DNA of 64,000 bases from Lingula anatina (Eukaryota; Animalia; Brachiopoda). The stretch is from assembly GCA_051362555.1 (NCBI GenBank), contig CM120641.1:1178001-1242000 (forward strand), in the 5' to 3' direction. The translations under genes and the position numbers were made by a program. Positions 39,701 through 51,700 of the stretch are shown in pieces. Position 1 is the stretch's first letter. Every line of letters begins with the position of its first letter. The notes below the pieces were generated by a model that did not search any database, was not told where the DNA came from, and was given only the letters and a program-made list of their open reading frames with translations.

Positions 39701-42700
39701 TTACAAACCTGACAACTTAACATGGTCAGTTAAGACCTACCCACAGACAACCTGACTCCAAAAGTAATGTCTGAATGAGTTACAGGAAAAAGTGAAAAAG
39801 TAAAGCCATGCGGGAGGGAGAAATACCCCAATGCTATGAAGAATCAGACACCTACCCCCTGAATCCATAAATCCTGAATGGCACAGCCAGCCAGCAATGA
39901 GTAACAATAGAGGTTTGCTCTGGTCTATGTATGTATGCTATATCAGCCCCTGTGAACTGTGATATCACACCAGCAAACCATTGGGTGATAACAGTAGAGG
40001 GCTGTAAACAGTATAATACACAGTGCTCAATGCTTTAGTACTGTACTAGTATATAACTCACTATTGGCACCATGTCCTGCTCTCCATCATGTATATTGAT
40101 TCCATCATATACTATACACTGACTTCTGTATCTTACAGTTACTGCACACTCAGAATCAATACATTACTCATGCAATTGTCTGCCTCCATGTTATCATACT
40201 GCATACTGCTTTCTTGAAACTTGAACGTTAGAATTCTCAACAGGAAAACGGCAACGACAAAGGAAGTTCTGTACTCGGCAGGAAATTTCAGTTTTGATGC
40301 CCATGCAGTAGTTTTGGAGAGACCCAGCATACACTAAACACAATACTGTTGGTGGAACATTATGCCACCCTTTATGAGACCTAAGTGACCATTTGAAAGG
40401 CCGTTATAAAATAAACACCTGTCTTTTATCCCAATCTGTTATACTGCTAGATTAAGTGTGCAAGTAAAATGGTTTATCTGAAGCTCAAATAGTGGAGTCA
40501 CATACAAAAGTTTTGTTTCATTTTATAGTATATCTGATAGACATCTGCATAATTTGACCCCATGGGTTGCTCTGTGAAGGTAAATTTAGATTTAATAGTT
40601 GGTGAATATATCATTAATAGGCCAGCCTTTAGTCAAAATTCACTAGCTTCTCACTGACCATCAGAACAGCCAAGTCAAAGCATAAATTTCCAAGGTTAGA
40701 AAATTATTTCTGGATCTACAATCTGTCCAATTTGATGACAAAAAATCTACTTTTGAAATATATAGAAATTCTCTTTATTTCAGGATTCCTCCTCCTTCAT
40801 ATATAGATAAAATTGCAATTCAAAAGTTGCAGGATTTTGTACAAAGTGTTAAAAAAACTGGGGAATTCAAGGGAGAGAGAGGGAGTGAGTGGGGCATGGG
40901 GCAGAAGGTCCATGAGCTTTATCTGCTCATTAAATCCCGGACAAATTTTGTCCACCAAAAGACACCAACATTTAAACTACCGGAAATAGATTACTACAGA
41001 TGTGACTAGGACAGCTAAATCACACTAGAACCAACGTAAAATATTTCATATCACATTTAAATAGACTAGTTTTGGTTCAAGCAAATCCATTTGTGAATCT
41101 CCTTTCAAATAGGGTTCCATAACCCTTACCTGTACTTCAGTGTCTTCCACCTGTACTGTAATACAGGGGTCCCGCCAGGTGAGGATCAGATCCACCAAAA
41201 GGTCTCAATTAACTTTACAAGATAAGCCCTTTACCAAGAGCATGTACGTCTGGGCTTAATGAATGATAATAGCGCCATAGTATTTTCATAATGAAAGTCA
41301 CCTTCACTGGTTGTATTTACAGTATGTTTTGGCCTTTTTCCACAAAATCAGCACTCCAGGAGAAAATGAAAAGAATCGTGTGCAAGAAGCAGCACAAAAA
41401 GTCACTGCAGAATACCCTTACATGCTATTTTTCCTGGGAATATTAAATAATACTTCAAATCAACGCCAACAATCTCTTTACAATATATTCTTAACCTTTA
41501 CCTTGATCCTGTTCCTTCCTTGTTATGACATCACACTAACCATAAATATCCAAGTGTGTAGCTTCTTCCGTAAAAAATTAAAATCCTTCATGTCTTTTTC
41601 CTCCAGTAATGACTGTCCTCCATCTTTCCTATTACTCATACTGGGAGATTCATAGAAAATGTAATTATGCAGTCAGCCGAGTGGGGTGAATAGGCTCCTG
41701 CTTACAGCAAATGCCACAGCCGGGGTTTTACAATCAGAACAGGGGAAAATCTAACAGTATTAGCCTTGTATGCCATCAATATAAATCCTGATCATTTCAA
41801 TTACTAGTATTGATCATCTGAGCTATAAAAACCTTCCCCAAAGTGCTGCCTTATGTGTGAGGCTGGATATCTGGGGCGTTTTATCCAAACAGAAGAGAAA
41901 GCTCCTTAATTTCAATAAATTTTAGCAAATTTAATATTTTTCTCACCACACTGAAAAATATTTATCATTTAACAATAATCCATTATAGTAATGTAAGCAG
42001 AAGAAACCTGCCTCCCGATCTACAAATAATTTCGAGAAATCATAAAAAATGTGAAAAACACCAGGCATAAATTTACCAACCACCTTGCTGAACCTACTGA
42101 TAATAATAAATCACACAATGCCTTCACTGTGATATTAAATGTCAAAACACCAGAGTTCTATTTTCAAAGCAAAGGTTGCCTATCTCTTTGACCTTTAAAA
42201 TGAAAGTATTTAAGGCCTCCAGCAAACAATGCTCTCTTGTGACAGCCTATCGCAATATCAGCTGTAATGTTTTTTCGCTACAAGGGGAGGAGGTCATATT
42301 TCCAGTTGAAAGTTCTATCTATCAGGGAGCATTTACACAAAAACAACACCCTGCTGAGAAAATTGTAATAAGTCACTTATATTATCATCTATGATGCAAA
42401 ATACCCTAAAAATACAAATTGGTCTCATCTTTCCTATTTTCATTACATCCATACATAAATCCATATAAAATTTGAGAGCACTTGGTTAGGTCTGTAGTCA
42501 GTATATATGTGACAGGCCCATAGCAATTATGATAATTCATGCTTCATGCAATCATTTGTTACCTCAAGCTATGTTCAATGCTGCTGCCACATATTTTATA
42601 TCATATGTTTGTGTCAGCTGATAAAATCAATAGACGCCCAATTATTGTTATTTATTCATCTTTATAATTTATTTGAAAATTGGTGAACATCAGTCTATTG

Positions 42701-45700
42701 ATTTCTTCAAAAATTAAAATAGAATAAAATGATGTTGTGATCTACATATATATTTGTGATCTAAATATATAAAACAACGATGACAAATAATAATAATAAT
42801 AATAATAACCCCACTTTTTCTACAAGCACCAAAGTGATCAAAAGTCACATAAACATATCAACTATCAAAATTTACTTCTCAATTCAAACTCACCGTTCAT
42901 AACTCTCTCCTCCCTATCTCTGGCTTGTTTATCTCTGGCCTGGCCACTGTTCTGATTGTGGTCAGTTTTAGCCTTATCATCTGACCATTGGTCATCCTCC
43001 CCCCACCAGGACGGCTGACCGTAGAGTGGAGTCCCTTTCTTCACTGTTGCCAATTCCTCTTCACCTAGAACATAGAGACCAAGTCAGGAATGTCACAACT
43101 GTGTTGTTGTCTCTTAGTTTACTTCTCATGATCCGGTACTGTGTATACAAACATTCCTCTATTAAGAGTAGTGATTGACTGAAGAGGGCGCTTTCCAAGA
43201 TGAGCTTTTTCTAGCTAAAATAACAGGGCTTTTCAAATGTATGCAGTGGTATTACTACTGATATCCTAGAGTGTTTGCTTTGTGAGGTTCTGATTTACAA
43301 AGTAAAGCAAAATCTTTCCTATAGGTAGATTGGAAAAGTTATTTTATGTCTGCTTATCCTTTCAAAGAAATTCAAAACAGTCAAAATACATAAAATTTGC
43401 CCCCCATTTCCATAGGACAAGAGACGTACTAGAACTTTCAAATCTAAAAGAGACAGGCATAACTTTCCAGGCAACACATCTTGCACACTATCCTTTTATA
43501 AAAATGTAAATGAATACAGATTATATTGCCACTGACTGGGCACTTGTTAAACAACCTACAGTGCTGAATAAATCTATATTAAACCACTGGTTGCTTCTTA
43601 TATGAATGCATCTCTATCTCCAAGTCCTTCTCAACGATAACAATATTATACTGTTAAACATCCAAAACTAAACACAAAGCTTACCTGCCATAAGGGATGA
43701 CTGTGGTTGTATTTAAATCACCATCATATTAAAAATACATAACCCCAAAGTATCAAAATATCCAACACTTCCAACTGGTTTGCCCTTCAGATTCCTTTCC
43801 CCAATCAACTGAATGCCTAGCATGTTATATGAACCCTATTAGAAATGCTGAGGCCAGGGCTTCCTTACTTACAGTATCAAGCCAGTATAATGCATTCCAG
43901 TGAAGACAGTGCACACTGCTATAGGCCAGGTTTCCTTCTAGCTAGCAACAAAAGGATGTATCTGGTATCTGGTTGTTCAGACAAGGATATTTTAGAACGG
44001 ACAGTGGGCAAACACACAAGACAGATTAACCAGGCATGTTCTATAAATGATGCAGAGATGACATGGTCTTATTGAATTTGCAAGCTAGTCCAATTTCAAG
44101 TCCTCAGTTGGTCTTTAGTTGCCCTCATCTGAATACACCTTAACTTTTCCCTCCTGTGAAAACAGCAACTGCCCCATACTTAAACAGAACCTTGTTTAAG
44201 TGATAATAACAGAAGGTCCCTATATCTGTATATTCATTCAGTACAATGGGCAAGTCTGGTAGAAATGCACTGCGTATGTAAGTCCAGTTCAGAGCAGGAC
44301 AGACTTATATCATAAAATAAGTGCTATACCACAATAGTTAGTTCAGGTGTGAATGCAATCTGAATATTTACCAGACAGCAGTTAACTGATATGGTGAGGA
44401 TACTCTGTCTGCTGTTTAATGTTCATTACTAAGTGGAAGTCCACACATAAATCAGACCTGTTCGAAAGAACCCCCCTTTTGCCGGAAAGGTCCTCCCTGG
44501 ATAAAATTTAATCTAGGTTTCTGTAGGTTTCATGGCAAAAGGTCCACTTTTTCTGCAAATGACCCCCCTCCCTTTTGAGATCACTGGCTATGGGCCTGCA
44601 AATGCCCCTTTCGACCTCTCTCAGGTAGAAGCACTCTAAAGAATGCCATTTCATTGCTCCCTATCTGTTTACTGCAGTATACCTGTGATTTACTTTCTAA
44701 TATGATGTACATCACAAATGTGATGAAAGTGTGCAACAGACATAGTTCATTGGTAGCTTAATAGACTCCCCCTGCATTACATTCAGATACCAGTGAATCT
44801 TAATTCAAAATGTTGGCAAATTAAAACCGACTTCTGTTTAAAAATCAGTGAAATGCTCAATACATACAAGGATGAAACAAGTAAATACATTAAAAACCAG
44901 CTAATAATCAGCTAATATTCTATCATTTTATAAATGTAATGATGTACTGGATTTGCTCCATTTTTATGTTTTAAAAATCTACCTGTCAAACTTCTCCTGT
45001 GATCTAGCCTGGCCTGGAATGTGGTAGATGTGCCGTCTGATTGCGCGGGATCTTTTCCCTCTCCATAATCAATCTCCTGTGTGATACTGAAACCAGGATG
45101 TGCAATCCTTTCTAAACTTGGCACAGACTGTGTATAGCTTAGGCCGCCGTAGAGATATCGAGATCTGGACTCATTTCCTGGCGTAATCGACCCAGACATT
45201 GTTCTTGACTCCCCAGTGGAGTACGGGATAACTGGACTTCGTTGTTGCATGGCACGTAGATTAGTCTCGCTCCTTGAATAATTTGGATGGAATGATGCTG
45301 AGGGGTTGGCAGATGTCCTTGTCGAGACATAACTATTTTCATAAACTTTCTCCTGAGATTTGCTGCACCTTAACCCATTACCGTAGACTCCATTTGTGAA
45401 AGCAGTTGCATAATCATGTGAGCGTCTCCTGCGCATCTGCCATCGATTGTACGTTCCGTGTCCATTGCATGTGTGTGGGACTGGGTCGTGTTTTTCATCT
45501 GTTGTGTCTCCGAGTTCTGGGTTTCCTCCACAGGTGTGCTTAATGTCCTGTTCTACAATGCAGCCCTGCGCAAAAAAAGAAAATAACGTGTTACACTCTG
45601 TAAGGTCCATGAACGAAAAAAAATTATTATGAGAAAAAACACAACGTGTCACATAAGATAAAATTCACAGTAAAACCAGGGATGAGACTTATCTTCTCTG

Positions 45701-48700
45701 AAAAAGTCTGGGGGTCCAGGGTACACGATTCACAAAAAATGATCCAAATGACCTGACAAAAGTGAGAAAAGTCTGATCAATGTAAAACACACTATTGTCT
45801 TCATTACCTGACATTCAGCCATGGGCGAGACTTCCTTACTGGCCCATGCAGGAGGTCTGTCAGGTGACATATGTTCTCCCGTCCCATCTGTTTCCTCTAT
45901 TCTGAACACCATAGGATGTGCACAGTGTTAAGGATCTCATTATCATAATTATATTGTGCTGTCCTCACACACCTTAGAATGACTTGATGCTACTTAAATA
46001 TAATTTTGTTACTGTTAAAAGACCTCAAACCTCCTTATTACTTTCTCAATCTATATTATTCCATTTAAAAATAGACTTGCCTATTTCATCTCCTAGAAAA
46101 TCTTTTCAACCTGTGATGTTTACTAATAACAGTATTAAGAAAAGTGAAACATTCATAACCTTTTAATATATGTAAATATATGCATACACCTACCAATGCA
46201 TACATAAACATACATGTACATAAACAAATATATCATATAATTAGATGCTTGTTGTAAGGATATCATAGCCAAACCTTATGGTATCTAGGTTTTCAAGAGC
46301 TACATAGGTCTGTTCTGGGATCCTTGACTCATTCACATATGTCTGAAAAGAATTAGTAACCTACATTACAATGCAAAATATACATACGAGAAACTTGTGT
46401 CCATGTCGTATTATACTGTGAACACAAAACAACTAAAAAATGCTGCTGACTATAAATATGATAACGGTTACTGTTTGTATAGTAAAATAATTACACCTTA
46501 AACACACTTAAAATGCCTTTAGAACTTTATATAATCTTTTTCAATATGATATAATAATAATAAGTCAAATTCTCTGGTCTATACTTGAGAGAATGACTCA
46601 AAAACAAGAAAATTAAGTAAAAGACCGTCCTCCAATGGAGGTTGAACTCCTTGTTGTTACTGTTAATAAAAAGTTTGTAACTCACCCCATTCAGACTACT
46701 GAGATCTCTGATTTTAAACTTTTTTGAATAATGATCAAAAGTGATAACAGCATGCCTTTTATCAACACTTCGTGACTGAAAATAAATTAAAAAAATTAAT
46801 GGATTATAAAAAAATAAACGCCACCTAAACAGAGCACTTGCTACTAAACATTAAAAAGAGCTCTTTCACTTCTCTTATTCACTGATAGGCTTTCCCACCC
46901 CTACCTATACAATATAGAAGACCTGCTTTTCAAAGAAAATGGTTTCAAATAACAATGTAACTGGGTCATTCCATGTCAACTCACAGGGATCCTCTTGCTG
47001 AATATGATACCCAAATACTACATGAAGGAAGCGCACAATTTTTACGAGATTACAAATTGTATTTTATTGTTTGGTTCCATTGCCTTGCTTTCAATAATTA
47101 GAACAGGCACTCAAAAATCGTAAGATGAAGTTAAAAATTTTAAATTGGCCGAGTTCGCCCCCTGTTTAGAATATCCTCACAGCATTATCTGCAGTTAACC
47201 TTCCTACGATTTTCAATGTATTTTGCAATATAATTTTCAATCTGCCCCATGAAGAATTTTATTAATCTAGAGTGGGGGAGGAGTGGAAAATCCCCTTGGG
47301 GCCACATACAACACTATAAATGCGAAATAAATGTTTATCTAAAGTAATCCCCATGGATTTGATTTTTTATACATACAATCAACAGAACATTTCTAATATA
47401 ATTTCTCAAAACAACACCAGAAAGCAAATTAAGAGTGCGTCCATGAGAAAGCCAGACAGATCAGTCAGAAGGCGGCAAGGTGGGGGTCAGCAGATTTTAA
47501 TAATTTTTGGTGTGGTAAACCATCAAGATGAAAGATATTGTGAGCCACTGGCTTTCTTATTTTGGATCATTAGTTTTAGAGATATGGGGCAAGGTCTTTT
47601 ATTGGCAAAATAAAGCTTTTTTAGCTCTAGAAAAGTTATAATTTTAAATATTCTTTTAAAAAATCATGTACATCATAAGGAATTATTTAAATAAGCCATA
47701 TGATGGGTTGAGGAAAGACCTTTAATACCCAGTACAAATTTTTCAACATGGCGGGTACTAGGATTATTACCGGTGTGGCATGATAGACCCGTGCCATGAC
47801 GAAACCGTTCTGCACATGAGCACTGAGGGTAGATTGAAAGAAGTAACTTCCGGTATGACAATGTCGTCCTAAGTAGGCGCTATGTTTGCACTGAACTATG
47901 ATTTTCCAATTCATAATTCAGTGGTTTTCGTCATGAGAGAGCATGTATTTGATAATCTTATTACTACAGTATACGGGGGAATGTTGGAAGTACTGTTGTA
48001 CTGTACAACTACGTACTGTTAGTCAACAGACTGCTACCCCCGCGTGAATAATCCGTCAGAACGGTTTATTCACGACGATGGTTTCTTCACGTGACACCGG
48101 AACAACTGTGGAGCAAATCACATCGTCTTTACTGTGTTAAAACATACTGCTTTCTTAATTTTAAGAAGATCTCAGAAGGAATGGTGTGCGCCAGAATATA
48201 ACAAGAAAAGGACCATAGCAGCTGGTCGTCCTTAGAATGTGCATTTTTTTGTTGAACCACTTCAGACTGTTGTCAGGCTTGGGTTCCCAGCTCATCGATT
48301 TAGTTCTGGATGTTTGTTGTAAGGTAAGTGATCATATATATATATATATATATATATAAACAGACAAAGTCAGTTCTGCCACTATTTCAGGTACTATCTT
48401 CTATGAAGTAATAACCTACCGCTTTTTCTTTGTGTCAGTGGTGGAATGCATATACTAGAATAAGATACACTAAAAACTCAAACCAGTTTAATTAATAAGT
48501 TTGAATATTATTTAGTAATATAAAGAATATTAAGCAGAATTAAAAGACGTACTGGTATATTTCAATTCACAGAATTTTACTTGATTTCTGTTTAATGGTA
48601 AACATGCCTGCTGAAATGAATTAACTGTGTATCTAACTTATGAAGTATATTTTTACATTAAATTCTAGGGCTTTGTTACATGTGTTAGCATAACACAAAC

Positions 48701-51700
48701 AGTTAAGGACAACTGAGCTTGTAGACAGCTTCATTAGAAATTTCCTACCCAGAATCAAAGGTATGTAACACACATTCAGTTTCAAGTTTTGGCATTTTAG
48801 GGGATGTTACTTGTGCCAGTTTTTTATATTTTAGTTTTATATTCACTATGCAGATTTATGTGTGTTTACAATGAAGTTGAAGTTAACCACTTAGCTTTAT
48901 GTTACCTTGTAACACACTGTGCTTCAATTTTCAAGACTTACATATTACACAGGACACTTGTAACTAAAAGTACTTTAGTAAAATCAGGAAAACTTTGCAA
49001 TCCATTATGTTGTTCATGTTGCTTTGCAAGGGGGTGTGACAGACAATTAAGCTGATTACAACGACTGAGCCTGAGTGTGATACTCTGCTGAGATAGATTG
49101 ATCCTGCTACAATAGTTTCTATTCTGAACACAGAAAACCTCTGTTATTGTAAAGCATTTATTGATGTTATGTTTATTTTTCAAATTTTACATCCTAGGCC
49201 TGGATGTGAACCTTGACCTGGACAATCTTACAGACAATAATAGAAGAGTCACCTAAAATTGCACTGGCAAATTCATCAGATTTGGATGTGAGCACCCACT
49301 CTGTAATGCCTGGAACACTTCCACGGAGAAGAAAAAGGTTTACCTTTTTTCATTTGTTTCTTTTTCTATCATAAAATTCTGGTAGCTACAAGCATGCATA
49401 TTTGAATGCATTTTCAATCATTGTTTTTACTTATGGAATATGTTTGATCGGAATATTATTTAGTCATTGTTTTTATACAGCAATTAAAATAAGTTATTTT
49501 TAACATATTTTCTTTTGACAGCCTGTCCTGCCATCTTCAGGTAGATGCAGTAATGGATATCCTGGCAAACCTTTATTGGACTTAGAGCCACCTTGGGACA
49601 ACCCCCCATAACAAATGTTCATATTAGGCTTGGCAACCTCAATCAGTTTTGTAGGAAAGGAGGATTGGCACCAGTGGATTGACAAGTATTGACAATTGAC
49701 AGTTCTGTCACACTAAACTATAGTGGCATGTTGCTTCAAGTTACCATACTTATTCTAAGATTGCTGAATTATCATTACTGTCTTAGGAGACCCTAGATCT
49801 CTCAACCAGAAGAAGAAACTTGGGAATCAATCAGTTATAAGATTAAAATCTCTTGAACACTACCCATCACTGTTGTGTTCAGTATATGGAAAAGATGACC
49901 CTGATATTGGAACCACTTGAGATTCATAACTTGCTTTCACTCCTGTGAAAAGTAACTGCTTTGTCCTTTTACTGTCCAATTAATAATATGAAAGTAAAAT
50001 ACTCCTTCTGTCATTGTATGTTGAGGAGGTGTTTGGGAGGTGGTCTCTGGTGATTTCCTATGTATGGGAGAAATGAGATCGGAAGTGCTTGGGTTGTGAT
50101 ATTCTGTTAAATCCCTATGTAAGGGAAAGATGAGCTCGGGAGAGCTGTTGGGATGTTATATCCTTATGATTCCTTAAAAAGGGAAAGGTGAGCTTGGAAG
50201 AGCTGTTTGGATGTCATATCCTGGTGATTCCCTTTGTAAAGGAAAGATGAACTCGAAAGAGCTGTTTGGGAGGTGGTCTCTGGTGATTTCCTATGTAAGG
50301 GAAAGATGAGCTCGGAAGAGCTGTTTGGGATGTGATATCCCAGTGATTCTCTAGGTAAGGGAAAGATGAGCTCGGAAGAGCTATTGGGATGTGATATCCC
50401 GGTGATTCCCTAGGTAAGGGATGATGAGCTCGGAAGAGCTGTTTGGGATGTGATATCCCGGTGATTCCCTAGGTAAGGGAAAGATGAGCTCTGAAGAGCT
50501 GTTGGGATGTGATATCCCGGTGATTCCCAATGTAAGGGAAAGATAAGCTAGGAAGAGCTGTTGGGATGTGATATCCCGGTGATTCCCTAGGTAAGGGAAA
50601 GATGAGCTCAGAAGAGCTGTTAGGGATGTGATATCCTGGTGATTCCTTTTTATACATAAAAGGAAGAGATGATACAGAGGTTTGGTGAAGAGAGGGTGTC
50701 CTCGTGTTTATAATTTATTTATTTAATTATTTGTTTATGATGTTTGTAAATGATTGAAGATGGTTTAGAATAAAATTTGTGCGCTAACTGCATCCATGTG
50801 CACTTCAAATGTTGTTTGTGTTGTTTTATTATTAATGTTATGCAGTGTCGGTTATGGTCTAGGAGAATTGCCCTTATCAAACCATTGTTTGAATTCCTGG
50901 CTGTTAGTCTTTGATTAAATTTGATTATTGGAAAGTATTATCTCAAAATGTACTGATATCTTGATTTTGGATGTTTGGTTTTCTGCTAAAATTGCTAAAG
51001 TTTGAGGTACTTTTTTAATATCTTCTATTGTGTTTAACACGCTTTTTAAATTTTGTATGATGAGACCAATATATGCTCAGGATCCCTACACAATTTTATG
51101 GCTGTCAACCCTGCAAAAAGAGAGATATGAATGCTTGAACATTGCTTGGTAGAAAAGTGAGGTTGGGGGTGGGGTTATAAAAATTGGCGTGGCTCGTTAG
51201 TTTGTGGGTTAAACTGAAATTAAGTAACATATTCTCAATGGCAAATGGCTGGTTTAAATAGCTTAATTATCAAATTATTTAAAAAAGCCATTAGCTTTGA
51301 CATATTTGCTCATGAAGTGGCTTTATTGACCGAAGCTGAATATCAAGCCAGAAATGGCCAAAACATTTAATATTATATTATAATTATATCCAATGATTTC
51401 TTTTGGGATTGTTGCCTTCAATGTGAATATCTTCTATGTGTGCAACTATATTATGAATTTAGTTGAAATCTGTTGACCCCCAACTTGCCACCCTCTGACT
51501 GGTCTTATCATGGACACACACTTAAAAAAAATCAAATCAACTAGACAGTAAACACCGACAGGCTTTATCAATTTCTATATTTGTTTATTTCAAACAGTGT
51601 ACTTTTCGCGCATGCGCAGTCGTTTGCTCATGAAGGGCGGACATGTGACATCACATTGCCTTATAAGGTTCTTTTTCTAAATATTCCCAAAAATCACAAA

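Noticed and set aside
41125-41660. Additional CEP170 coding exons at strong minus-strand donors (about 41129 and 41501)
   Set aside because: The required phase-1 frames contain stops; these are at most non-coding alternative first exons, and unsupported.
46620-46705. tRNA-like A-box/B-box (TAGTCTGAATGG..GGAGTTCAACCTCC) on the minus strand
   Set aside because: No anticodon or D stem, and the A-box-like part is CEP170 coding sequence.
50031-50647. Hammerhead ribozyme array or CRISPR-like array in the 59-60 bp repeat (GATGAGCTCGGAAGAGC resembles stem II)
   Set aside because: The core reads AAGATGA..TGTT rather than CTGATGA..GAAA. There are no unique spacers or cas genes, and the context is eukaryotic.
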